This document shows positions 49,100-58,043 of a DNA stretch of 64,000 bases, piece by piece. The position numbers and the translations under genes were made by a program. The number at the start of each line of letters is the position of its first letter. Position 1 is the first letter of the stretch. The notes below the pieces were generated by a model. It did not search any database. It was not told the origin of the DNA and was given only the letters and a program-made list of their open reading frames with translations. This DNA is from a virus (Duplodnaviria; Caudoviricetes): positions 1 through 64,000 of the IMG/VR virus record IMGVR_UViG_3300020047_004811; one strand, 5' to 3'.

Positions 49100-49530
49100 T
49101 GGAATTTGACGAAAATAAATCTGGCCGGGTAGTTGTAAAGAAAGCCCGGGGTAAACAAAATTTAAATACATTTATCAAAGGCCTATTGAGGCGTGGTACA
49201 TTCCATTGGCGAGCCAGAACTGAAGCAATGACTGCAGCTAGGGTTGAAAGAGGTCGTTACAAGTGTGCAACCTGTGGAGATTTGTTCGGACCTAAAGAAG
49301 TGGCACTAGATCATACTCTTCCAGTAGTTGATCCCAAGGTTGGATTCACAACTTGGGATGATTATATTAATCGTCTATTTTGTCCGGCTGAGGGATTTCA
49401 AGTATTGTGCCATGGATGCCACGATAACAAGACTCTAATCGAGGATGCCATGCGAGAACATTACAAGACAAAACCTGAGGGTATGCCAGATTTAACTGAA
49501 GATAAGAAATATACAAAGAATAAAAAATGA
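49099..49530 (+). CDS. HNH endonuclease
   Basis: YKCATCG, LDHTLPV, FQVLCHGCHDNKT. Confidence 0.82.
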   Translation: MEFDENKSGRVVVKKARGKQNLNTFIKGLLRRGTFHWRARTEAMTAARVERGRYKCATCGDLFGPKEVALDHTLPVVDPKVGFTTWDDYINRLFCPAEGFQVLCHGCHDNKTLIEDAMREHYKTKPEGMPDLTEDKKYTKNKK

Positions 49531-49881
49531 ATATAAAATCACTACATGATATTTTTGATTTAAAATTTCAAGATAAATATATTGATGTTGTATTGACTAA
49601 TGAACCTAGATTAAGTTTTTGCGATGCTAAGGATATTTTAAAAGTAGCCGGAGTCGATTTTCATACAAAAGAAAGCGAATTGGGTATATACGTAAAAGAT
49701 CGACATGGCATAACAACTAATACTATTTTTATAGATGGTTCGAATCCTGAACGATTTAGAGGAATGACTATTAGAAAACTTTACGTTGATATAAATTTAA
49801 AGAATCTAAAAGATGTAAAAACACAATTATATCCAATTGCTAAATATATTATAGAAAAAGATTGACAAATAGGAGTAACTT

Positions 49882-50467
49882 ATGCAAGAATTGATCGTAG
49901 CCTTAGTTGGAGCTGGACTTGGAGTAATCATCCTCCGTACATTCACTAACTGGAACGTAAACAAGAACCAGAAGAAGCTAGAGAACGTAGTAACTGAGAA
50001 TGATAAGAAGCAAGCCCACTTGGAAGGCGAACAGGCTCAGGAAGACAAAGAGACAAAGGAAAAGGTAGATGAAATCACTAAAGAACAAAATGACAAGCCT
50101 ACTGGTTCTGACCTTGCTTCTTGGTTCAATCGGCGTAAGTAATGCACAAGATTCTGTGTATCTTGAAAAGAGTCAGCCCGCACCCTATTCAGGTATACTT
50201 TTTACTGAGAAAAAGGCACAAGAGCTTAGGTCTGAGCTTTTGGAAAGCGATAAAACAAAGTTGCTACTTGAAACAGAAAAAAATCGAAGCGCGAGACTTC
50301 TTCAAATCGTTGACCTAAAAGACGAAGAAATTGAACTCTATAACAAACAAAACCAGCGACTCCTAAAGGCTAATAGCCAAGCAGATAATCTTCAGTATAT
50401 CTGGTTTGGACTTGGAGTTCTAGCTACTGGACTTGCGGTATATGGAGCCGGAGCTTTAGCACGATGA
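49882..50467 (+). other. pair of overlapping membrane/coiled-coil ORFs (49882-50142, 50069-50467), possibly spanin-like
   Basis: N-terminal TM plus coiled coil; signal peptide plus coiled coil plus C-terminal TM. Confidence 0.4.
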
Positions 50468-51722
50468 GAAAGCCAAACATTCTATTTAAGAAGAAGTCTA
50501 GTCTCAGCGGACGGCTTTTGACAGCCCCGACTTCCAGACACTATCCACAAATATATAATTCAAACTATGCAACTAAATATGAGTTCCAAAATGGAGCAGT
50601 AGATAAATATACAGTAGTTGTGGATAAAAAACGATGGGATGAAGGCTATCCCGGAGATATAGAGAGTGCGTAAACTCCCTTCTCAACTTACGGAACAAGA
50701 ACTGCTTGATCTTCTCAATTCTGAGGATATTCCAGAAACATCTGCTCAAATTTTCGATTATGAGGACGATATCGTGCCTTTTATGGGATTTTATAACATA
50801 ACCCCGGGTGAGAGCCATGTTTCAAAGCGGTTGATATACAAGCTGTATAAAACCTATTCTAAAGACCCCCTAGATCAACATATATTTAATATCAAGATGG
50901 GTGGGTTTCTTGGCTCCAGTAATTATAATTTCAAAATAAATGTAGATCAGTTCGCAATCTCCAAACATATTTATAAAGCCGAAAAGACTATAGAGAAAAC
51001 TAAGAGTCTAACATATCAGAAACACTTTAATTGGTTTACCTCCGAGGCTAAAATTGAGCGAGGGGCAACTTGGCTCGAAGGGTTTATCCTATTCTATATC
51101 TATAAAGACTTTTGTAAGCATCGCCGGGTTAATCCAAAACTTGGATATGTTAATTTCCATAAGTTTTTAAAACTACATTATCAATATCGTCGTGTTAAAG
51201 AGAACCGCAGTTTGTGGTTTCGCGTCGATTCAAATACAGCAAATACATATACAGAAGAGGAAAAAAATGTCATCAGAAACTCAAGGAAAGAAAAGAGGGG
51301 GAGTGAGGAAGGCAAGGAGTCTAAATCAGAAGAGGCCTCGCCGAAGTGATTTTGAATTCCCATCCCTAGAACCATCTGTCGCCTTACTATCTAGACAGGA
51401 AGAGGTTAACGATGTGGCTAGTTATGCCCACAAACTTAATACTGAAGAAAAAGCTTGGCTTAATCAGTTCATGAAAGAATACAACGAGGCTAGCACAAAA
51501 GATGCAGTATTTCATACCACAGCCGAAACTCGGAAGATATGTAATGATAAGAATAATGCTAGGAATCGCTGTGACTATACATTAGCGGCTGCAGCTAATA
51601 AACTAAATCTTGTAGAATCGGAATATGCTATGGAACGATTAATACATGGATTTGATCCAGACTTAGAGCCTGAAACGGATATTAGCGACGATTCAGAAGT
51701 TTCTGAAGACGATCTAGTTTAG
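50464..51722 (+). other. hypothetical ORFs (50464-50673, 50666-51349, 51267-51722)
   Basis: ORF track; last genes of the + strand block. Confidence 0.55.
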
Positions 51723-52500
51723 CAGGAGATTTTTTATAATCTTTTCTAGCTTTATCCTCAGCAAGCATCACGCCTTCTTCTTCTCTAGATTCTCCGACAT
51801 CCTCGGCTTCATTCAAGAAAGGAACGGCAGCACTCGCATCTTCTGGATTCATAAGCATAGCAGCCCCAGCGCCTAATAGAGGAAGTCCTTTAATAAGTCT
51901 AGGAAGATTAGCCTTAGCCGCTGTAGCGCCTCTTTTAAGCCCATGGTGACCCTTTAGGAGAGCTTCCTTGATCTCGTCTATGTCGGTACCTTTAATCTTA
52001 GCAAGCAAGTCTGCAGGTTTTTTAACTAGTCCAGATTCAGATATAAGGTCGGGGGCTATCTGTCTCAAACTTTTATTTACACTAGAACCACTGGTTAGGT
52101 CGTAAACATCCCCATAGTCTTTAGCTTTAAGGTCGCGAGAATGCAAACCTTCATGAGCTAAAGCAGACGTAATATTTTCAAGGGATTGATTTGGACTAAC
52201 TTTAATTAGGTCACGAGAAGGAGAATATAGTCCTCCAGCTCCGGGAATATCACCAAGTTCAATTTTAGATTTTACGTCTGGTAGAAATTGTTCACGGAGA
52301 CCTTCTAGAAAATCAGCGTCTGGAGTATTAGGAACTTTTCCCTTATACTGTTCAAGCATAAGTTTACCCAATGCTTTTTCTTCAAGATTTCTAGCTCGGA
52401 GTGTATCATTGGCATAGTTATCGGTACGACCAACCAGATCATCTAGTTTATACTCGTCGGATTGAATGCGCTTTAATAGCTCGTCTAGTTTATTATTCAT
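51682..52500 (-). CDS. HExxH zincin-like hypothetical protein
   Basis: GGLYSP..DLI.V, ALAHEGLHSRD. Confidence 0.55.
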   Translation of the reverse strand: MNNKLDELLKRIQSDEYKLDDLVGRTDNYANDTLRARNLEEKALGKLMLEQYKGKVPNTPDADFLEGLREQFLPDVKSKIELGDIPGAGGLYSPSRDLIKVSPNQSLENITSALAHEGLHSRDLKAKDYGDVYDLTSGSSVNKSLRQIAPDLISESGLVKKPADLLAKIKGTDIDEIKEALLKGHHGLKRGATAAKANLPRLIKGLPLLGAGAAMLMNPEDASAAVPFLNEAEDVGESREEEGVMLAEDKARKDYKKSPAKLDRLQKLLNRR

Positions 52501-52943
52501 TATAGGGATTCCCCATCTTTCTTATCTTCTTTGACTTCTTCTGTAGCTTTTTCAGCTTCCTTATCTATATCGTTGACACTTCCGAGTTTTTTAATAAGCA
52601 CAGTAAATACTGGATTACCATTAACTGCGTCTAAATTTTCAAGGATAGATTTAAGTTCTACAACAGAAATTAGCCCGGCGGCTATTTTAGATACAGGAAT
52701 AAACCCTTCAAGCATATAGGTTTCGACTAAAAAACCAAGTAGTATTGCGGATTCATATACAAAGCATTTGGTAATTGTTCTACGGAGAGCAGCAGACTTA
52801 ATCTTTTCCCCGCGTTTTCTAGCTGCCAACATTCCAGTAAATAGGTCAGCAAAGATAAGTAGCCCTGTAACTAAAATTAAGGCTTTAGCTGGAGCAAATA
52901 TAGCAACCGTAGATATTAATGTTGCAACTAACCAATCTTTCAT
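52500..52943 (-). CDS. holin (Phage_holin_4_1-like)
   Basis: ADLFTGMLAA, SAALRRTITK, ELKSILENL; TM helices. Confidence 0.75.
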   Translation of the reverse strand: MKDWLVATLISTVAIFAPAKALILVTGLLIFADLFTGMLAARKRGEKIKSAALRRTITKCFVYESAILLGFLVETYMLEGFIPVSKIAAGLISVVELKSILENLDAVNGNPVFTVLIKKLGSVNDIDKEAEKATEEVKEDKKDGESL

Positions 52944-52956
52944 TGTCCACGTTCCT

Positions 52957-54993
52957 TTATTCTTCTTTGTCCACATCTGGGAAATCCTCAGAGCTAATAA
53001 AAGCACGAGCATTTGGGTTCTGCATTATGGTAAATAATGCTGCGTTCTTTTTGGCTGTATCGCCGTTTTCTACTGCTTCTCTTAAAGCTTTTCCTACTTG
53101 TTGAAAATTTCCACTAGTCTCAAGTCTAGACGCGAGGTTTGAAATAGACTGAGCCGGGGCATTATAGACGACCTTAGCCATCTGCATTGTGCCTTTAACT
53201 AAAGGACCTTGTATTTTCTTTTCTAGATTTTTGGATAGTTTTCCAGCATAGTAAGCTCCAGAACTCGGGGCTTTACCAACAATCATTTCTTTAAAGTCAG
53301 GAACAATAGACCTAGACTCGGTGGTTTGACGAACCGACCCGCGCAACACAGAGTCATCTGAGGCATTAAGTAGATACTTACGGATTGAGTCTGAAGTCGG
53401 GAGCACAGAAGGTTTAGCAACCGGACTAGATAATTCCTTAGCCTCAAATCCTTGGAGAGCATCCATAAAGTTTGTAAATGCTGTGCGATATGGTTGTGAA
53501 GATTGTCCAGTTTTCTGGACGTTCTGAATCATATCTAAAAGTTTGTCATATACTTTTTCATCTTGTTTACGAAGCTGACCATAAAAAACTTGGGTGATAT
53601 CAGAAGGTTTAGCACCACTAACTAATTGTTCAAGAACTTGGCGAAATGACTCGAATCGTTGAGCAGCTTGTGCATATTCAGGGACAGCTTTTTTAAACGT
53701 ATCTGAGACAGCCTTACGATGTCTAAAAAGTTCATTAAGAGTTCCAACAGCAGCCGGGTCTTTATTTGTTGCAGCTTTAAATGTTCCAATTGCAGCATCT
53801 AGGTCGTCAATCACATTCTTGACTTCAGTTGGAGTGAGCTGAGGCATACCATTTAGTATTTTATCAAATGCTGCTGCTGATTTTCTAGTAGAACCCAAAT
53901 CTGGAATTATAGTAGTTAAATCGTTAACTCGTTTAGCTGCTTCTTGAATATCAGAGCTAATATCAATTAGAGCCCCGCGAGCTGTGGCTTTCTCAACACT
54001 CTGACCTAACTCTACACCAAGTGCAGTATCAGCCTCGTCTACAACATCGTGTAGACCAACCGCAGCTTTGGAATCTCTTTGAGAGAATTTCTGCCCGGCT
54101 ATATCCTGACCATGAGAGCGAGGGTGAATTCCAAGTTCTTGTCCATATTCTTTGTAGGCTTTAGCCATCTGTCTAAGTTTAGGATTTCCTTCGTCTGCAA
54201 AAGCTTCAGCAACTTTATCTGTAACCTTTCCAAGTTTTTCCCCAACTTTATCTTTCAAAATACCCGGAGCATCGGCAGCAACATTTAATCCAACCATCGC
54301 TGGCAGACCAAACGAGAGTCCAGTTCCAACATCCTCGGCAACCCCGGCTAAATCAGATTCTGGACCAATTATATCACTTTTAGAAGTCATTGCAGACTCT
54401 AATGCTAGAGCTGGAGAAGCTTGGGCAAACATTCCAGCACCGCGAGCTGCAGCATCACCAATGCGACTACCAGAAGTAGCTGTTCCTCTAAGGAGGGCAA
54501 GAGCAGCTTGCCCAGCGCCCTTATTTGAGGCAACCTGACCAAGCAACGCTTTAGGACCTTGTATTGCTGCAGGGTTTAAGCCTAAAGCTGTAGAAGAAAG
54601 GAGAGCACCACCGAGTTGACCACCAAATTCAGCATAAGGACTACGCTCTTTGGCTAGGTCCGAAGCCTGTTCTCCAGCTTCTTGATATTGTCTATAAACG
54701 TCGCCAAGGTCATTTCCTTGTATGTCAAAGCCTTGGGCTTCAAGTTGTTCGTCGATAGCACTAGGACCAAATCCAAGCTTTCCGGCCCCCTTTTCAAGGA
54801 GAGCAGCAAGTCCGCCACCAATCTCGTCTGCAGCTCCGAGGGTTGCACCCTGAGAAGCTCCAGTAAGGAAGTCTTGACCTGTTTCAAGGGCTGTATCCAT
54901 AGATGGGAGCATTGAGTCGACCTCTTGGTCTTCCCAATCATCCTGTCCCTGTTCTAAAGGGACATCTTCCCAGTCGTCTTTATTGTTTGCCAT
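52957..54993 (-). CDS. internal virion / ejection-type protein
   Basis: DDWEDV N-terminus, Gly/Ala-rich helical segments, operon context. Confidence 0.6.
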   Translation of the reverse strand: MANNKDDWEDVPLEQGQDDWEDQEVDSMLPSMDTALETGQDFLTGASQGATLGAADEIGGGLAALLEKGAGKLGFGPSAIDEQLEAQGFDIQGNDLGDVYRQYQEAGEQASDLAKERSPYAEFGGQLGGALLSSTALGLNPAAIQGPKALLGQVASNKGAGQAALALLRGTATSGSRIGDAAARGAGMFAQASPALALESAMTSKSDIIGPESDLAGVAEDVGTGLSFGLPAMVGLNVAADAPGILKDKVGEKLGKVTDKVAEAFADEGNPKLRQMAKAYKEYGQELGIHPRSHGQDIAGQKFSQRDSKAAVGLHDVVDEADTALGVELGQSVEKATARGALIDISSDIQEAAKRVNDLTTIIPDLGSTRKSAAAFDKILNGMPQLTPTEVKNVIDDLDAAIGTFKAATNKDPAAVGTLNELFRHRKAVSDTFKKAVPEYAQAAQRFESFRQVLEQLVSGAKPSDITQVFYGQLRKQDEKVYDKLLDMIQNVQKTGQSSQPYRTAFTNFMDALQGFEAKELSSPVAKPSVLPTSDSIRKYLLNASDDSVLRGSVRQTTESRSIVPDFKEMIVGKAPSSGAYYAGKLSKNLEKKIQGPLVKGTMQMAKVVYNAPAQSISNLASRLETSGNFQQVGKALREAVENGDTAKKNAALFTIMQNPNARAFISSEDFPDVDKEE

Positions 54994-56488
54994 CCACTAC
55001 CTCTTCCGAGCCATCTGAGTAAACAAGTTTAGTTTGGTTGCGAGACGCACTATATTGTTTCTTGACAACCTGTTTATCAGAGTTGTTATCTTTAGCAGGG
55101 CTAGCAGGTTGTTCAATACCCCTGACTTTATAGCCAGTTGCAGCGCGCTCATTAATTCGCTTTTCAAACTCATCTAGAATTGTTTTAGCTGTATTGTTTG
55201 TCATAGTCATTCTACCTAGAGTATCCTCTGGGATAAGACTTTGACGAACGAGCTGAACCTCAGCCGGACGAGCAACAGAATCAGGGTCTTGGAGCTTGGC
55301 AGTATCTACTGCAATCTCATCAAGCATACCTTGTAGTAATTCAGCCTGAGGACCAGTAGCCTCAACTGTCCCATATTTTTCTACTATGTCTCTAGCACGT
55401 TTAATGTTGTCACCAATTGTACGTTTACGGGCTTCAATTTCTTCCGTTGTGAGTTTGCGCTTATCTTCTCTTTTCTTTCTATCTTCCTCAGCTTTAAATT
55501 CACGGGCGGTAGTTTTTTCATCTGCTCTAAGGTCCCTAGAAAGAGCCGCAGCATCTCTGCGCGCATTTCCAGCTTCGATTGTAGCAAGAAGCGTGCCAAG
55601 ATTAACCCCGGCGTTTTTAAGAGACATAGCAGAAGCTGATTGCCCCGGCTTAAGAATGCCAACTTTCTGAGCAATACTAGTAACCATTTTAGATATTTCA
55701 GAGTTTGGATCACGCATCTTAGTCTCGTCGGACAATTCATCTTTAGCTTTATTAAAAGCTTGCTGATCTTTAGCCGCTCCGATCTTAGCCTTAGTTTGTT
55801 CTACGCTCTTATCGGCGTCTTGTCTAAGTTGATCTGAGCTACTATGGTTAGGATTAATCCTAGCTAGTCCTGCCCCAAGCAATTCAGAGCCCCGAACTAA
55901 CCTAGCTCCACTACGATCCCTATTAGCTTGTTGATTAGCAGCTTCAATCATCTTAACAAAGTCCATTTCTTGAGGAACCGGGGCCTCTGGGGCCAAATCT
56001 CCACCAGTAGGAACTCCCTTAAAGTTTGCTAACACTTGTGCAGGGACTGAAAGCTCAGGTTTCTTCTGATCTTGTTCATTAGCTTCAGCCTGAGCTAGGG
56101 CGTTATAATTATCTGGAAGGATAGGTTGCGCTTGTGGACCAGATTTAGGAGCAAAAGGCGGAATAGGGGGTTGTTCGTCTCCTCCCATCATACGCCGAGC
56201 CATTTCACCAAGAGTCAAGCCTCCGACAATCTTGCCGGGGTTTTCTTTAGCGAACTTTTTAATTGAATCTAAAGAAGACATAGGCTTTGGATCACTCAAA
56301 ACTGCATCTGGGATATCTTCAGCCGCCTCTTTAGCAAGCTTAGAAGTGCCTTTCCCAATAACTTCAGGGGCAACTTCGGTAGCCTCAGTAGAAACTCTTT
56401 TAGCCAAAGGGGCAGCTTCTTCAATAAGCTCTGGAGCTGTCTGGCTTCCAAAACTTAGAAGCTTTTTAAGCAATTCTGCCTTATTCAT
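54980..56488 (-). CDS. internal virion / ejection-type protein
   Basis: Helical coiled-coil composition; operon context. Confidence 0.55.
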   Translation of the reverse strand: MNKAELLKKLLSFGSQTAPELIEEAAPLAKRVSTEATEVAPEVIGKGTSKLAKEAAEDIPDAVLSDPKPMSSLDSIKKFAKENPGKIVGGLTLGEMARRMMGGDEQPPIPPFAPKSGPQAQPILPDNYNALAQAEANEQDQKKPELSVPAQVLANFKGVPTGGDLAPEAPVPQEMDFVKMIEAANQQANRDRSGARLVRGSELLGAGLARINPNHSSSDQLRQDADKSVEQTKAKIGAAKDQQAFNKAKDELSDETKMRDPNSEISKMVTSIAQKVGILKPGQSASAMSLKNAGVNLGTLLATIEAGNARRDAAALSRDLRADEKTTAREFKAEEDRKKREDKRKLTTEEIEARKRTIGDNIKRARDIVEKYGTVEATGPQAELLQGMLDEIAVDTAKLQDPDSVARPAEVQLVRQSLIPEDTLGRMTMTNNTAKTILDEFEKRINERAATGYKVRGIEQPASPAKDNNSDKQVVKKQYSASRNQTKLVYSDGSEEVVDGKQ

Positions 56489-56491
56489 ATA

Positions 56492-56917
56492 CTATTTTCC
56501 TAGGTATTTTTGTTTAATCTTTTGGATTGCAGCTTTACGAAGTTCTGTATCCATAGAAGGATCGCTAGCAGTTTCCTGAGCAACACTAGCATCCTCTGAC
56601 AGAGGTTGTCCAGCCTTGAGTTTTTTAAGCTGTTCCATAATTTCAGGATCAGACCCACCAAACTTAGGTTCTTCTAGTTTCATGCGATTAGAAACTGACT
56701 CTTTTTGTATATTAGGTTCTGTATTAATATCTTTAAGGTCGTCGACTTGATCATCAACCCCTTCAGGAAGCTCATACTCACCATCGTCAGCAGCTACTTT
56801 CATAGCATCTGCGTCTTCCGTGTCTTCGTCGGCAAGTTCCATTCCTTGCATAGTCTCTGGACGAGCAATAAGTTGTTGTAAGAGTTTTTTCATTCTTGGG
56901 TCGTCTAGAGTATTCAT
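56492..56917 (-). CDS. acidic hypothetical virion-operon protein
   Basis: ORF track. Confidence 0.6.
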   Translation of the reverse strand: MNTLDDPRMKKLLQQLIARPETMQGMELADEDTEDADAMKVAADDGEYELPEGVDDQVDDLKDINTEPNIQKESVSNRMKLEEPKFGGSDPEIMEQLKKLKAGQPLSEDASVAQETASDPSMDTELRKAAIQKIKQKYLGK

Positions 56918-56926
56918 ATATTCCTT

Positions 56927-58042
56927 TTAGAATTTCTTTTTAATTCGAGCGGATAGGCTATCCATCCATTTTTGTACATCTTCATCTGTATATTCAACGT
57001 CAGTTTTAAGGTTCTTGTCGGAGAACATAGCAGCCATTCCTGCCATAGAAGCCATTCCACCTCCGCCGCCCCCGCCAGACCCACCGGAACTAGTCATAGC
57101 ATTATAACCCTCGTCAGCAATTGAACCGACACCTTTACCCATATTAACTTGAGCTTGGGCTTTAGCATTTGCTGTATCTCCGTAATAATTAGCAAGCTTA
57201 CTTTGTTGACCAGTAATCCCACCAGCATATGCTAACTTATCAGAATACTGCTGCTGTTCCGCCGTTCTCTGTCTAAGAAGCTCGGCATTTTTCTGTTGTG
57301 TATTATAATCAGCAATTCTTTGTTGCTCAGCAAGATTAGCAGCTTGAGCTTGATTCACTGAACTAACATTACGTTGTTGTCTAGCAATTGTATTCTCAGC
57401 AAGGAATCTGTTACGTTCATCAATAGCCTTAGCTTTAGCTGAAGCATTATCAAAATCCTGAGTACGCACAGCCCCAGCCATATTTGCAGATTGACTGATA
57501 GCATCTAAAGCCCGTTGTTGAGCTTGAGCCATAAGAGTGTCTGAGCCAGCAGCGGCTTGATCTGCAGCACCTTGGGCTGACTGTAGTTGAGCCATAAGCT
57601 CCATACCAGACCCACCCATACCACGAGATTGCATTTGTTGTATGATTTGTTGACGCTTAGCTTCAGAATCACGTTGAACTTGGTTACGAACTTGATTAAG
57701 AGCCGCACGATCTTCGGCGGACAAACCAACCTTACCACGTTGCTGCATAGAAGAAAGAGCACCCATCTGTGCTTCTCTAAGTCCGGCATCTTCTTGAATT
57801 TGTCCCATTTGAGATTCAGCAACTGAGTCACTTAAATCTTGTTCAAGTTCTGGGGTATAAACTCCTTGACGAACAAGTTCTTGCATGATGATTTCGCGAG
57901 CATAGTCAGGCGGATACCCGATCTTCTGATACTCCTCAACCATCTGCTTCATCATCTTTTTCTGGTTAGAACGGTCCATCTTGGCTGCATTATTACCAAG
58001 AATACCACCGACTAAACCACCTAGAGATTCTCCGATAGCCAT
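56927..58042 (-). CDS. ejection/pilot-type protein with truncated S74 motif
   Basis: GGLVGG N-terminus, Q/A-rich helices, C-terminal FSDKNLKTDVEY. Confidence 0.6.
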   Translation of the reverse strand: MAIGESLGGLVGGILGNNAAKMDRSNQKKMMKQMVEEYQKIGYPPDYAREIIMQELVRQGVYTPELEQDLSDSVAESQMGQIQEDAGLREAQMGALSSMQQRGKVGLSAEDRAALNQVRNQVQRDSEAKRQQIIQQMQSRGMGGSGMELMAQLQSAQGAADQAAAGSDTLMAQAQQRALDAISQSANMAGAVRTQDFDNASAKAKAIDERNRFLAENTIARQQRNVSSVNQAQAANLAEQQRIADYNTQQKNAELLRQRTAEQQQYSDKLAYAGGITGQQSKLANYYGDTANAKAQAQVNMGKGVGSIADEGYNAMTSSGGSGGGGGGGMASMAGMAAMFSDKNLKTDVEYTDEDVQKWMDSLSARIKKKF

Positions 58043-58043
58043 A

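Noticed and set aside
56917-56945. Programmed frameshift completing the truncated S74 domain
   Set aside because: Neither the -1 frame nor readthrough into 56492-56917 encodes the rest of an S74 domain.
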